Source of the DNA: Candidatus Poribacteria bacterium
GTDB taxonomy: Bacteria; Poribacteria; WGA-4E; PCPOR2b
DNA length: 64,000 nucleotides
Reading direction: 5' to 3'
NCBI GenBank assembly: GCA_965218095.1
Contig: OZ244587.1
Coordinates: forward strand, 512,001-576,000
Below are positions 12,711 to 24,047 of this stretch, one piece after another. The translations under genes and the position numbers were made by a program. How positions within the stretch are numbered: position 1 is the stretch's first letter; every line of letters starts with the position of its first letter. The notes below the pieces were generated by a model, which was not told the origin of the DNA, searched no databases, and worked only from the letters and a program-made list of their open reading frames with translations.

Positions 12711-13775
12711 ATGATAATCAAGACCGCGGATGAACTTTATGAGCTGGTCAGGAAAATTTTCCTGAAAGCAGGCGCTGATGAACGGAACGCCAATGGCGTT
12801 GCAGAGCACCTAGTCTCGGCTAACCTCAGCGGCGTTGATACGCATGGCGTCTGGCACGTACCTCGCTATGTGGCGGCCATAAAAACCGGTGAGCTTGTAC
12901 CCACAACCTCGCCCGAGATTCTCAGCGAAACCCCTACGACTGCTCTGATTACGGGTAACTGGACCTTCGGCCAGGTGGGGGCCAGATATGCAATGGAAGT
13001 CGCGATAGAAAAGGCCAGTGAACACAACGTAACAGTGGTAAGCCTTGTTCAAGCTCATCACATTGGCCGGCTGGGTTACTATGTGGAAATGGCAGCGTCG
13101 AAAGGGATGATCGGCATGCTCTGGGCTGGAGGATACGGTGAGGTTGAACCAGGGACTGCTCCCTACGGCGGACGGGCGCGGCTGCTGCACACCAACCCGC
13201 TCGCAATGGGTTTCCCGACCGGTGATGAGCCGACAATGATGTTCGACTATGCAACAACAGCCTTGTCTGGAATCAAAGTCGTCAACGCTCAACGCAGAGG
13301 CGAACAGTTGCCCCCGGGCTGCATCATTGACAAAGCGGGCAACCCCACTACGAATCCGAATGATTTCTTCGATGGTGGGGCCTATGTACCCTTTGGTGGG
13401 CACAAAGGCTCTGCTTTGACAATGGCTGTAGAGTTCCTTGGGCGAATCTTTACGGGGGCTGACGCCTTTGCCGAAGTTGGTCGAGGTGGGCTTCTGGCGC
13501 GCCAAGGCGTAACGATGATTGTGTTCAAAGCTGACCTGTTCCAGCCTTTTGCAGAATATGCGAGCCGAGCGGATGAGATGGGGCAACGGGTCAGGGCAGT
13601 CCCGCCGGCGCCCGGTTTTGATGAAGTTCTCATGCCAGGCGACCCGGAGGTTCGGACCCGCGCCGACCGGCAGCGCGATGGAATTCCAATCGCTGATGAT
13701 ATCTGGCAGCCGATCGCTGAAGTGGCGACGGCGCTGGGCGTGGAGGGCCGAGTGTGTGAGGAGGCGAGTATGTGA
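12711..13775 (+). CDS. Ldh_2 family (malate/L-sulfolactate/ureidoglycolate-type) oxidoreductase
   Basis: GVDTHG, HHIGRLGYY, HTNPLA, FDYATT, GGHKG. Confidence 0.9.
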   Translation: MIIKTADELYELVRKIFLKAGADERNANGVAEHLVSANLSGVDTHGVWHVPRYVAAIKTGELVPTTSPEILSETPTTALITGNWTFGQVGARYAMEVAIEKASEHNVTVVSLVQAHHIGRLGYYVEMAASKGMIGMLWAGGYGEVEPGTAPYGGRARLLHTNPLAMGFPTGDEPTMMFDYATTALSGIKVVNAQRRGEQLPPGCIIDKAGNPTTNPNDFFDGGAYVPFGGHKGSALTMAVEFLGRIFTGADAFAEVGRGGLLARQGVTMIVFKADLFQPFAEYASRADEMGQRVRAVPPAPGFDEVLMPGDPEVRTRADRQRDGIPIADDIWQPIAEVATALGVEGRVCEEASM

Positions 13776-13887
13776 CTGGGGAGCTCTTCTTCGCTCCCTC
13801 GTTCCCCCGCGCTCGTCCGATCCCATCGGACTTACGCAGAATTCTTACGTCGAACTCACATTGGGTAAGGAATCAAAAAGGAGGAAC

Positions 13888-15726
13888 ATGACTATGAAAA
13901 GAAAGTTGATAGTTTTAGTCGTTATTGTGGCAATCGGTTTTACCGGTTGGCAGATTGCCCAGCCGCAGAGTGAGCCCGTAGACGAAAACAAGATTATTGT
14001 GGCGCAATACGAGTGGGACAGCGCACACCAGATTTCGCTGGCAGAGCTCACGGAGGCGATTGAAGACCTGCCGAGATACCGCCGGGAAAACTACCAAACC
14101 AAAGAAGGCAAAGCGGAATATCTCAAGCAATTCATTGATGAAAAGCTGAAACTCCTCGACGCCATTGATAAGGGATTCGATAAAGACGCGGAATCGCTCA
14201 AAAAAGTAGAATCATATAGGCACCAACTTATGGTCGAACGCTTGACAGAAATTGAAGTCGATGAGAAGGTTTCCTATACGGAGGCAGATCTCAAGGCGTA
14301 TTACGAGGCACACAAAGCAGATTATGTGGAGAGAGAAAAATCGCAAGCGAGCGTCATCTGTCTCACCGATAGAGATCGGGCGCAAGCGGTATTAGATCAG
14401 ATCAAAGGCGGTAAAGACATCATTGAGATGGCGAAGGAACTTTGGGAAAACAGAGAACTGGCGGGGCTGGGCGCCGACCCGGATGAACCGGGTAAAATGT
14501 ACCCCTTTACACGATCTGCTTATCCCCGTTGGTCGAAGTTTATCAACGTGGTCTTTGAGCAGGAGATCGGCGAAATGACCGAGGATATTTTTGAGATTGA
14601 AGTCGATGATCAGACTTACTATATGCTTTTCCGCAAAGACGCGTACAGCCCTGAACGCCAAAAGCCCTTTGATGAGGTCAAGGATGATGTCGAATGGGAA
14701 GTGAAGCGTGAGAAGAAAGGCCAACGCATTGACGAATTGGTGGAAATGGTCAGTGAGGCTGGCAAACTCAAAACCTATCCGGATCGCATCCCTGAACCGT
14801 CACCCGAAGAAGACACAGCAGCGGAGAAGTCTGAGGAGAAAAAAACGCCAACCGAATCAAATGTAATCGCTGAATTTGAATGGGACGGGAAACATCAAAT
14901 CACGCTCGAAGAGATGCGATGGGAGATTAGCGAACTCTCTGAGTACAAACAAAAAAAGTATAAGGGTAAAGAGGGACTTGAGGAATATATGAATCTTATG
15001 GCAGAGAGTCGTTTAATCCTCTGCCTCGCCAAGGATCGGAAGTTTGATGAAGAATCCGAAATCGTGAAGAAGGCACAAGACTATCTCCATGAATTGATGG
15101 TCGAGCAGATCACCGAACTTGAAGTCGATCAAAAACTCAAGTTGACCGAGGAGGACTACAGGCTTTACTATGAGGTGCATAAGGGCAATTATGTTGAGCC
15201 AGAGCAGGTGCGCCTCACATGTATTACCCTCGTAAACAAGGAGCGAGCGGAGGAGGTCTTCCAGCGGATTACGGATGGAGAAGACATCGCTGAGATTGCC
15301 AAAGAATTGTCGGACAAGGGGGAATTGGTGGGCCCCGGGTCAGATTCCGAAAACCCCGGCGCCACCGTCTATTTCACGCGTCACAGCTTTTCGGCGCCAG
15401 CACAACCTTTCGTTGATGCAGCGTTTGGGCTGAAAGTGGGGCAGATGAACGATGGGGTCCTTTTTGTCGAAATTAACACCCGGAAATATTACCTAATCTT
15501 CCGCAAGGAGGACTATAAAGCAGAACGCCAACAGGCGCTTGAGGAAGAAGATGTCCACCGAAGTGTGGAAAGCGCCGTTGAACGTGAGAAGCGCGACGCC
15601 CTTAAGAACGATTGGATTGTCCAACTCCACGAACGGGCGAAGGTCAAAATCTTTATCGATCGAATTCCCGAAACGCCAGAGGCAGAGGAGGAATCTACTG
15701 ATGATTCACCGAATGCCACTAAGTGA
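13888..15726 (+). CDS. Secreted/anchored foldase with two tandem PrsA/parvulin-like PPIase modules
   Basis: ATG at 13888 after AGGAGG, N-terminal hydrophobic segment; internal duplication (IVAQYEWD..HQI / VIAEFEWDGKHQI; YYEAHKADY / YYEVHKGNY). Confidence 0.75.
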   Translation: MTMKRKLIVLVVIVAIGFTGWQIAQPQSEPVDENKIIVAQYEWDSAHQISLAELTEAIEDLPRYRRENYQTKEGKAEYLKQFIDEKLKLLDAIDKGFDKDAESLKKVESYRHQLMVERLTEIEVDEKVSYTEADLKAYYEAHKADYVEREKSQASVICLTDRDRAQAVLDQIKGGKDIIEMAKELWENRELAGLGADPDEPGKMYPFTRSAYPRWSKFINVVFEQEIGEMTEDIFEIEVDDQTYYMLFRKDAYSPERQKPFDEVKDDVEWEVKREKKGQRIDELVEMVSEAGKLKTYPDRIPEPSPEEDTAAEKSEEKKTPTESNVIAEFEWDGKHQITLEEMRWEISELSEYKQKKYKGKEGLEEYMNLMAESRLILCLAKDRKFDEESEIVKKAQDYLHELMVEQITELEVDQKLKLTEEDYRLYYEVHKGNYVEPEQVRLTCITLVNKERAEEVFQRITDGEDIAEIAKELSDKGELVGPGSDSENPGATVYFTRHSFSAPAQPFVDAAFGLKVGQMNDGVLFVEINTRKYYLIFRKEDYKAERQQALEEEDVHRSVESAVEREKRDALKNDWIVQLHERAKVKIFIDRIPETPEAEEESTDDSPNATK

Positions 15727-15923
15727 CGGATGCCGCCCCGATAAAATCGGGCAATTGGGTAGCCCTTAAAAGGCGCCAACATTACTCCAACGAGGTCAGT
15801 TTCGCTGAATCCTTTCATTCGTTGTCATATTCTCTCCACAGGGGGTAGGTGAACAGTTACCGCTCACTGAAAAACTCGTATCAGTTATAGCAGGGACATG
15901 CGACGGCCCCTGATTTATCGATT

Positions 15924-16910
15924 TCAGTCTTCCTCGTTAATGGTTTGCATGAGTGCGTGAATGTAGCCGAAGCAATAGGCAAAGCCAACAGCCCCAGGCG
16001 CTTCGCCTGAAATACCCGGGACATGGTCTGGCATTATCATGTACGGGTACCCAACCTCCTTGAGGACATGCAGCGCTTTGAGCATATTCACATCGCCCTC
16101 GTCCGGGAACACCTCGACAAAATCGAGGAAGCCGCCCTTGATATTGCGGAAGTGGATGTTGAAGAGCTTCTTCCGCTCGCCGAAGTAGCGGATGACATCG
16201 TAGATCTCCTCGCCCGGATTCTCCAGCGATTCCGACATCGTCCCGATGCAAAAGTTCAGCCCATGATAGGGACTTTCATGCATCTCAATGAATTTCTTAA
16301 AGCCTTCAACGGTGCCCATGACTCTGGCAACGCCTTGATATGTCCGATCACCGATGCTTGGGTCCTGTGGGTGGCAAGCGATTCGTATCTTGTACTCTTC
16401 AGCCACAGGCACAACCCGCGAAAGGAAGTAGTCGATTCGTTCCCACATCTCGTCCGCATCGGCGGCGCCGTCTTCAAATTCGCCCAGCGTCTGGTCGAGC
16501 TTGTGGTACTCAAACGACGACAGACTCGCGCCGCCCCGCCCGGTTCGCCTTTCTGTCCGCAGGTGGCCAAGTATCGTGATGTTGTATCTGCCAGCCGGAA
16601 TTCCCGCCTGCGCCATGTCACGGATGAGGTCGCAGATTTGATCGATCTCCCGGTCTCGCTCTGGGCTTGGGCCGAGGAAAACATGCGGTGTGCCCTGCGT
16701 TCTCGCCGGTCCCGACGACAGCGGCAGGATCATCATATCGAGCGAAACGTCTAAGGATGCCAGCTTCTCTTTGAACTGCGACAGAATATCTGCATCCCAG
16801 CTCTGCCACGGTCCGGGCGGATTGGCTGAAACATGATTCACACCAAGCTGGGTAAGCACTTTGTAGCTCTCCCAGTTGTCTCCGGTAATGTGTTGTGTTC
16901 CAACGTGCAT
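15924..16910 (-). CDS. Mannonate dehydratase (UxuA)-family protein
   Basis: ACHPQDP, GLNFCIGT, IHFRNI, PDEGDVNM, MPDHVP; likely start MHVGTQ at 16910. Confidence 0.85.
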   Translation of the reverse strand: MHVGTQHITGDNWESYKVLTQLGVNHVSANPPGPWQSWDADILSQFKEKLASLDVSLDMMILPLSSGPARTQGTPHVFLGPSPERDREIDQICDLIRDMAQAGIPAGRYNITILGHLRTERRTGRGGASLSSFEYHKLDQTLGEFEDGAADADEMWERIDYFLSRVVPVAEEYKIRIACHPQDPSIGDRTYQGVARVMGTVEGFKKFIEMHESPYHGLNFCIGTMSESLENPGEEIYDVIRYFGERKKLFNIHFRNIKGGFLDFVEVFPDEGDVNMLKALHVLKEVGYPYMIMPDHVPGISGEAPGAVGFAYCFGYIHALMQTINEED

Positions 16911-16977
16911 CTTGATCTCCTTCTTGTGTGTAGAGCGGGATGGCTCATTCCCTTCCCTGACTTGTTTTACGCGCAAC

Positions 16978-17598
16978 CTATTGCATTGGTGAAAAGGGAG
17001 CCGGAAACAGGATCTTGCTTTCTTGTCTGACAGGTCTAACCGAGCCTCGCGGTGGCCAGATGCCTTTCTCCCGTGTCTCCTCTCGTATCCGCAGTCGGGC
17101 GTCAAAACTTGGATATGCCCACAGATGGACGAAGTTGTTGAGTCCGCCGAATTCTGAATACCAGCAGCTTGCCAAGGGCGAAAGTTTCTCACGCTCGGTG
17201 ATATTTTCACCCCACACTTCCAGGACTTGTGGTATGCTTTCTGCGGGATAGGTGTACAAACGCATCTCATATAATGGGCCGATGTTCCTTTCGCCCAGGG
17301 GAGTTGTGAAGGGGGCTGGAAGGTAAATTTCAGACACCATCGAGATGATGAGTTTGCCTGTATCAGGAGGCCATTTCGGGTTTGGCCCCGCCTCTGCGGC
17401 ACGCCTGATCTCAGCCCTTTGGTTGAGATCTTTGTAGGGCCAGATAGCGACCATCTGATTCAGAGGTCCAGCTTCGGTGTACCAGTGCCCGCCGAGTTTC
17501 GAGAATTCCTGGCGACCGGGTAGTTTTTCGCTGAACCGTTTCCAGTATTCGTGAAGTTGGCCGGTTTTCAGGTTGTAGGTTCGTATCTCGTAGATCAT
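16978..17598 (-). CDS. NIPSNAP family protein (two domains)
   Basis: IYEIRTY...LYEMRLY, GGLNNFVHLWAY, PAPFSP. Confidence 0.9.
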   Translation of the reverse strand: MIYEIRTYNLKTGQLHEYWKRFSEKLPGRQEFSKLGGHWYTEAGPLNQMVAIWPYKDLNQRAEIRRAAEAGPNPKWPPDTGKLIISMVSEIYLPAPFTTPLGERNIGPLYEMRLYTYPAESIPQVLEVWGENITEREKLSPLASCWYSEFGGLNNFVHLWAYPSFDARLRIREETREKGIWPPRGSVRPVRQESKILFPAPFSPMQ

Positions 17599-17928
17599 GC
17601 TATTCCTCCTGCGTTTTTTCGGTCTGATCTATTGCCGATTAATTGGAACCGTTTAGCCAAACAATATTGGGATTTACACTGGATGTGGCATGCTCATATT
17701 ACATCAATTTATTATCTTTGTAAACACAAAAATGAGACGCCGAAGTACCGTCAACCCAACCCCGACATAAAATGAACCATCCCGGATTTTTTCCGTCTAA
17801 TTAGTGGTTAGGCAAATTAGGGAGGAACCATGAGCAAAGAAAATGTTGAAGTAGAATGAGTAGAAAAGAAGTTTTCCTATGCACTGATTCCATCTAAATG
17901 ATAAATTAAAGTTGAGGAGAATCAGGAA

Positions 17929-18175
17929 ATGGATCAAACCTATACTGCTCTTATCCAACAACGTGGGGACTGGTGGATTGGGTGGATCGAAGAAATCCCC
18001 GGCGTGAACTGCCAAGAAAGAACGCGCGAAGAACTGCTTGATACCCTGAGAATCACGCTTTTGGAAGCCTTAGCATTCAATCGATAGCAAGCACAGCATC
18101 GCTGAGAGCGGGTATCAAGAAATAGCAATCCAAATCTGAAACAGAGAACATTGATTAGGCATCTCAGAAGGGGGC
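17929..18175 (+). pseudogene. Degraded hicB-hicA toxin-antitoxin pair
   Basis: Manual: MDQTYTALIQQRGDWWIGWIEEIPGVNCQERTREELL (HicB-like) with premature TAG at 18085; overlapping remnant KQRTLIRHL resembles the HicA N-terminus. Confidence 0.65.
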
Positions 18176-18185
18176 TACTTAAAAC

Positions 18186-18842
18186 ATGGAATTAGACGAG
18201 AACACACGAATAAAAGTTCTTATTGAGAAAATACGACACCTTAGTGATCCAGGGCAAGTGGGGGTGCCGTGCTTTGAAGCGGCCTCCTTGGCGGAGTCGG
18301 TCCTTTATGACACAGTCGGGAGAAACCATCCACTCATGGCCGCTCTTGGCGATGCACTGAAGTCTAATGACTGGCTGAAAGCTGGCGCAGTGAGTCGTAG
18401 TGTAGTAACACTGTACGATGAGGGTGGGCTCAGAAGCCCTCGACTGGCAATTGCTCACGAGATAGAGGGAGAAATTCTTGACATCGCCCAGGAACAGGTT
18501 GAAGCCTCCGAGAAAAATGCTGACGAGACTCAAAAGCAACTACAACTTGCGATCGCTGCATTTCTGGCGGGTGCTGCTCTAGAGGACGCGCTGAGACGAC
18601 TGTGTGACGCTCGCGCTGTCAAATACGATCCGCAGCGAACATCTATATCAACGCTGCAAGCGGCACTATACCAACCAAGGGAGCAGATCGAGGTGATTTC
18701 AAGATCTGAGAATAAGCAGATCACTGCGTGGGGAGAGACGCGAAACAACGCTGACCATGGCCGATTTAGCGAAATTACCTACGCAGAGGTTCTAGCGATG
18801 GTCATCGGTGTCCAGGGATTTATAGATAGGCATCTTCCCTAG
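18186..18842 (+). CDS. Putative HEPN (DUF4145-like) domain protein
   Basis: AAFLAGAALEDALRRL helix and RNNADH (R-x4-H) motif. Confidence 0.6.
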   Translation: MELDENTRIKVLIEKIRHLSDPGQVGVPCFEAASLAESVLYDTVGRNHPLMAALGDALKSNDWLKAGAVSRSVVTLYDEGGLRSPRLAIAHEIEGEILDIAQEQVEASEKNADETQKQLQLAIAAFLAGAALEDALRRLCDARAVKYDPQRTSISTLQAALYQPREQIEVISRSENKQITAWGETRNNADHGRFSEITYAEVLAMVIGVQGFIDRHLP

Positions 18843-19290
18843 ATACCTTCTAATCAACGAGAACATCACAATGATAACAAAAAACAACTTTAGAGATATG
18901 CTCAAAACGCTAGGCTTTACGGCTGAAGGGAACACCTTCCAAAAATCAATTGGCGAAGCCAACTTAAAAGTTGATTTTGACAAAGAAGAAATGATTTACC
19001 CCGAGGATAAAGGGTTAACAGTCAATCGACAGGACACGTGCAATTTCTCACATCCGGAGAATTTTGTTGTGTTTGAGTGCGTCCATCGACTGCTAGAAAA
19101 AAGCTACAAGCCCGAACATTTAGAACTTGAACCTACATGGCAAGTTGGGCGCGGTGCAAGCGGAGGACGTGCCGATATATTGGTTAAAAACCAGGAAAAT
19201 AAGGCTTTGCTGATTATCGAGTGCAAAACGGCGGGAGATGAATTTGAAAGGGCGTGGCAGAAGACCCAACAGGATGGCGACCAATTATTT

Positions 19291-20399
19291 GAGGGGTGTG
19301 CATAAATATAGTTGACATAATCAAGCCAAAAGGGTTTCCTATTGTTATCATAGCAAAAGGAGCCCCAATATGGTACAAAGACCAATGTTGGCTGATTATG
19401 TCACTCTTATTATGCAACTCTTTGAGCAGTTTATGCAACACCGTATTGACAAACCAGGTGTCACACACGCAAAACCATTGACATATTCAACCACCTCGTT
19501 TATCATTTTCTTCATGTTGATGCAGTTTCACGGCATCTATGGCTTCAAAACGCAATGGCGGTGGCTAATCAATCACCCAGAAGTGTTACAAATGCTGGGG
19601 TGGCAACAGCCCCCTCATCGAACCACGATTGCACGTCGCTATAAGGCATTATATGAAGTGATAGAGGCATTTGTATTGTTTATCGGTCAGTATGCCACTG
19701 ACTTGTCCCAACAATTCAACTTGGCTCATCTGGTAGCCGACAAAAGTTTATTTAAGGCACGAGGACCCGTCTGGCATCAAACTGACCGCAAAGCAGGAAA
19801 AGTACCTAAACATCTACGCAACCTCGACACCGATGCCACGTGGAGCAAGAGTGGTTATCATGGCTGGGTCTATGGCTACGGACTTCACATTATCTGCACA
19901 CAAGGTGCGTTCCCAACACTGATAACTGTGCACCGTGCGTCGGTCTCCGAAAGTTGGGCGATAGATGCTAAAGCGTCTGAGATTCTGACACAACTTTCAC
20001 CGCAGACACTCACTGCCGATGATGCCTATACCCAAGCAGACCGTATCCGTCGTTGGGCGAAGGCACAAGTCGCTTTGATTACCCCGGCACTTAGATGGAC
20101 AAAGGGACGGTTTGCCAAGGCGTATCATCGATTTATCAACCAACCCAAGCAGCGTCTCTGTTTAAGCAAACGTCGCAGTTCGGTTGAACCGTTGTTTGAC
20201 TTGATTGCTAAAGTGATAGGCGCCACTCCTCAACAGAAGCAGTTACCGGTCAAGGGGTTTTTCAATGTACGCTGTTGTTTAGCTATCGGGGTGTTATCAG
20301 TGCAAGTGGCTATGATTGCCAATGCCATATGGAAGTTACCTGCTCGCAATATCTCTCATATGGCGGCTGTTTTCCAATGAACTACTATGCACACCCCTC
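19291..20399 (+). mobile_element. IS (DDE_Tnp_1-like), 1109 bp, copy A
   Basis: IRs GAGGGGTGTGCATA / TATGCACACCCCTC; 8-bp TSD AATTATTT; transposase 19370..20380. Confidence 0.92.
19370..20380 (+). CDS. DDE transposase
   Basis: ADKS, WSKSGYHGWVYGYGLH, TADDAY, RSSVEPLF. Confidence 0.9.
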   Translation: MVQRPMLADYVTLIMQLFEQFMQHRIDKPGVTHAKPLTYSTTSFIIFFMLMQFHGIYGFKTQWRWLINHPEVLQMLGWQQPPHRTTIARRYKALYEVIEAFVLFIGQYATDLSQQFNLAHLVADKSLFKARGPVWHQTDRKAGKVPKHLRNLDTDATWSKSGYHGWVYGYGLHIICTQGAFPTLITVHRASVSESWAIDAKASEILTQLSPQTLTADDAYTQADRIRRWAKAQVALITPALRWTKGRFAKAYHRFINQPKQRLCLSKRRSSVEPLFDLIAKVIGATPQQKQLPVKGFFNVRCCLAIGVLSVQVAMIANAIWKLPARNISHMAAVFQ

Positions 20400-22938
20400 A
20401 ATTATTTAGTTATGCTCAACAAATCGCCGAAACACAATACTTATGTCTTTACGCTTCTAGCTTCATCGGAAATGAGCTAGATTTTGACCACAAAATTATT
20501 CCTCATCGTGACAATGCGAAAATTTTAGAACGAGATACAACACTGCTGTCTTTTACCAAAGCCACCAACGTTGAAGACCGCTTCGCCGCTTGGCGTGATA
20601 CCTATCAATCACAACATGCCGAAAGCGGTATTTTTGAAGGCAATATTCAAGCCTACCAAATCGGTAAAAACAACTACACCCTAGCAGACGACACCAAAGC
20701 CATTGATGCCACCGATAAAGAGGGTAAATACCATCAATTCCGAACAATTTTAAGAAAGCACAACATAGCGAGGCGAGAGAACGCCTTTGAGGTATTGGTC
20801 AATCTGTTTTTATGCAAACTTGTTGACGAAGAGGACAACGAAACCGACCTGAAATTTTATTGGAAAGGTCGTACTTACGATGATTACTTTGATTTTGTCG
20901 ATAGATTGCAAAACCTCTATCAAAAAGGGATGCGTAAGTTTCTAAACGAAACCATCAGTTACATCAGTAACGAACAGATTGACGCCGCATTTTGGACGGT
21001 CAAAAACAAACGCAACGCCACCAAGAAACAGATTCAAGCCTATTTTAGAGATCTTAAATTTTTCACTAATTCCGCTTTCTCCTTTCTGGATACTCACAAC
21101 AAAGAATTATTCAACAAAAACGCCGAAGTGTTGTTAAAGATTGTGCAGATGTGGCAAGGGTTACGGCTCAAAACAGATGATCCAAACCAGTTTTTGGGGG
21201 ATATGTTTGAGTTTTTTCTCGACAACAGCATCAAGCAGTCCGAAGGACAGTTTTTCACGCCTTTGCCTATCTGCAAATTTATTGTCGCGTCCTTGCCACT
21301 CGCTAAAAAAATTGCAGCCACCCCCGAACCGATTAGAATCATTGATCACGCCTGTGGTTCGGGGCATTTCTTGAATGAATACGCTTATCAAATAAAACCG
21401 TTGATTGCAGAGCAGAACAGGGATCTAAGCGACTATTATAGCCAGATTACCGGCATTGAAAAAGAAGATCGTTTAGCCAAAGTCGCCAAAGTTGCCGCCC
21501 ATATGCACGGTCAAGGACAGATCAAGATACTGGATGCCGACGCGCTTGCTTCTCACCCTGAAGTCCCACCGGCGAGTTTCGATGTCTTGGTGGCAAATCC
21601 ACCCTTTGCAGTGGAAGGATTTTTAGAAACCTTGAGCGAGGAGGATAAAAAACAGTATCAACTTATCAAAGCCACGGGTGAAAGTAGCGATACCAATACC
21701 ATTCAATGCTTCTTTTTAGAACGGATTCATTACTTAATGGCTCCCGGTGGTCTGGTCGGTGTGATTGTTCCTTCCAGCATTCTGTCGAATACTGATGCGG
21801 TTCACACCCGCACGCGTGAGTTTCTGTTACAATTTTTTAATCTGGTGAGTATCGCCGAACTAGGTAAGGGTGCTTTTGGCAAGACAGGCACCAATACGGT
21901 GGTGCTCTTTTTAAGACGGAAAACGCAAAGACCTGAAGCAGCCGAGCATTACCACAATCGAGTGGAAGACTTTTTTGAAGGCGATCTCGAAAATGCAGAA
22001 TATCAAGACGACTACCTGATAAAAGCCTACTGCGAGCATATTGAAATCCCTTATGAGGAATACATCAAACTCTTTGCCCCAACCAGCATCGCACAACTTA
22101 CTGAGTTATTGCAATACGATATTTTCAATGACTACAAACAAGCCTTTAGTCAAAGTGCGGAGATGAAAGATCTGAAAAAATCCAATGTCTTTAAGAGAAA
22201 AACGGCAACGGAACAATCCGCAGAATTAGAGCAGCGCTTTATCGCTGACCTACATGCCATAGAAAAAAACAAACTCTATTACTTTATTCTGGCACACGAG
22301 CAAGCTGGCAGAGTGCTGATTGTCAATGCACCGAGCAGCAAAAAGGAATTAGACCAATTTTTAGGCTATAAGTGGAGCAAAGCCAAAGGCAGGGAAGGCA
22401 TTAAATACAACGGGGGCGAAACGGTCAACGATATTATCACTCCCCTGTTTGACCCGAAGGATTTAGACAATGGCAGCAAAATAAACACGGCGATCAAAAG
22501 CAACTTTATCGGTGAAACCACGGACCCACTGCCTGAATACTGCAATTATGCCAAACTCACCGATATGCTGGATTTTAGCCGCGCAGATTTTAATAAAGCC
22601 ATTAGCTTAAACCCTCAGCAGAATACTGATATTGAAACCAAGTGGAAGCGAAAAACTATACAGAATTTACTAGGAGAAATTGATGGACATACAACTCAAA
22701 TACAGGAAAGCGAAATTTTAGAAAAAGGGGAAACAGCAGTTATAACACAAGAACAAGATTTATTAATTTCTGGGTATACTGATAAAAAAGAAATTATTAC
22801 AGATTTACCTTTAATTGTTTTTGGCGATCATAGTTGTACATTCAAATATATAGATTTTCCATTTATTTGTGGTGCTGATGGCACACAATTATTAAAAGTT
22901 GATGAGAATGAATTAATACCAAAATGCTTTTATTATTT

Positions 22939-24047
22939 GAGGGGTGTGCATAGTAGTTCATTGGAAAACAGCCGCCATATGAGAGATATTGCGAGCAGGT
23001 AACTTCCATATGGCATTGGCAATCATAGCCACTTGCACTGATAACACCCCGATAGCTAAACAACAGCGTACATTGAAAAACCCCTTGACCGGTAACTGCT
23101 TCTGTTGAGGAGTGGTGCCTATCACTTTAGCAATCAAGTCAAACAACGGTTCAACCGAACTGCGACGTTTGCTTAAACAGAGACGCTGCTTGGGTTGGTT
23201 GATAAATCGATGATACGCCTTGGCAAACCGTCCCTTTGTCCATCTAAGTGCCGGGGTAATCAAAGCGACTTGTGCCTTCGCCCAACGACGGATACGGTCT
23301 GCTTGGGTATAGGCATCATCGGCAGTGAGTGTCTGCGGTGAAAGTTGTGTCAGAATCTCAGACGCTTTAGCATCTATCGCCCAACTTTCGGAGACCGACG
23401 CACGGTGCACAGTTATCAGTGTTGGGAACGCACCTTGTGTGCAGATAATGTGAAGTCCGTAGCCATAGACCCAGCCATGATAACCACTCTTGCTCCACGT
23501 GGCATCGGTGTCGAGGTTGCGTAGATGTTTAGGTACTTTTCCTGCTTTGCGGTCAGTTTGATGCCAGACGGGTCCTCGTGCCTTAAATAAACTTTTGTCG
23601 GCTACCAGATGAGCCAAGTTGAATTGTTGGGACAAGTCAGTGGCATACTGACCGATAAACAATACAAATGCCTCTATCACTTCATATAATGCCTTATAGC
23701 GACGTGCAATCGTGGTTCGATGAGGGGGCTGTTGCCACCCCAGCATTTGTAACACTTCTGGGTGATTGATTAGCCACCGCCATTGCGTTTTGAAGCCATA
23801 GATGCCGTGAAACTGCATCAACATGAAGAAAATGATAAACGAGGTGGTTGAATATGTCAATGGTTTTGCGTGTGTGACACCTGGTTTGTCAATACGGTGT
23901 TGCATAAACTGCTCAAAGAGTTGCATAATAAGAGTGACATAATCAGCCAACATTGGTCTTTGTACCATATTGGGGCTCCTTTTGCTATGATAACAATAGG
24001 AAACCCTTTTGGCTTGATTATGTCAACTATATTTATGCACACCCCTC
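22939..24047 (-). mobile_element. IS copy B, 1109 bp, inverted relative to copy A
   Basis: Same IRs; own 8-bp TSD TATTATTT; transposase differs from copy A by one residue (GATPQ/GTTPQ). Confidence 0.92.
22958..23968 (-). CDS. DDE transposase
   Basis: Near-identical to 19370..20380. Confidence 0.9.
   Translation of the reverse strand: MVQRPMLADYVTLIMQLFEQFMQHRIDKPGVTHAKPLTYSTTSFIIFFMLMQFHGIYGFKTQWRWLINHPEVLQMLGWQQPPHRTTIARRYKALYEVIEAFVLFIGQYATDLSQQFNLAHLVADKSLFKARGPVWHQTDRKAGKVPKHLRNLDTDATWSKSGYHGWVYGYGLHIICTQGAFPTLITVHRASVSESWAIDAKASEILTQLSPQTLTADDAYTQADRIRRWAKAQVALITPALRWTKGRFAKAYHRFINQPKQRLCLSKRRSSVEPLFDLIAKVIGTTPQQKQLPVKGFFNVRCCLAIGVLSVQVAMIANAIWKLPARNISHMAAVFQ

Noticed and set aside
12810-13826. 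338-aa antisense ORF, and similar shadow ORFs over clpB, uxuA-like and GH genes
   Set aside because: They lie opposite well-supported genes and carry no recognisable motifs.
13519-13887. N-terminal extensions in the ORF track (also 16911-17402, 6331-6588, 53214-53291)
   Set aside because: They overlap neighbouring genes or repeats; better starts with RBS lie downstream.
19291-24047. Composite transposon that imported a methylase
   Set aside because: Each IS has its own TSD and the flanks rejoin into one in-frame gene.
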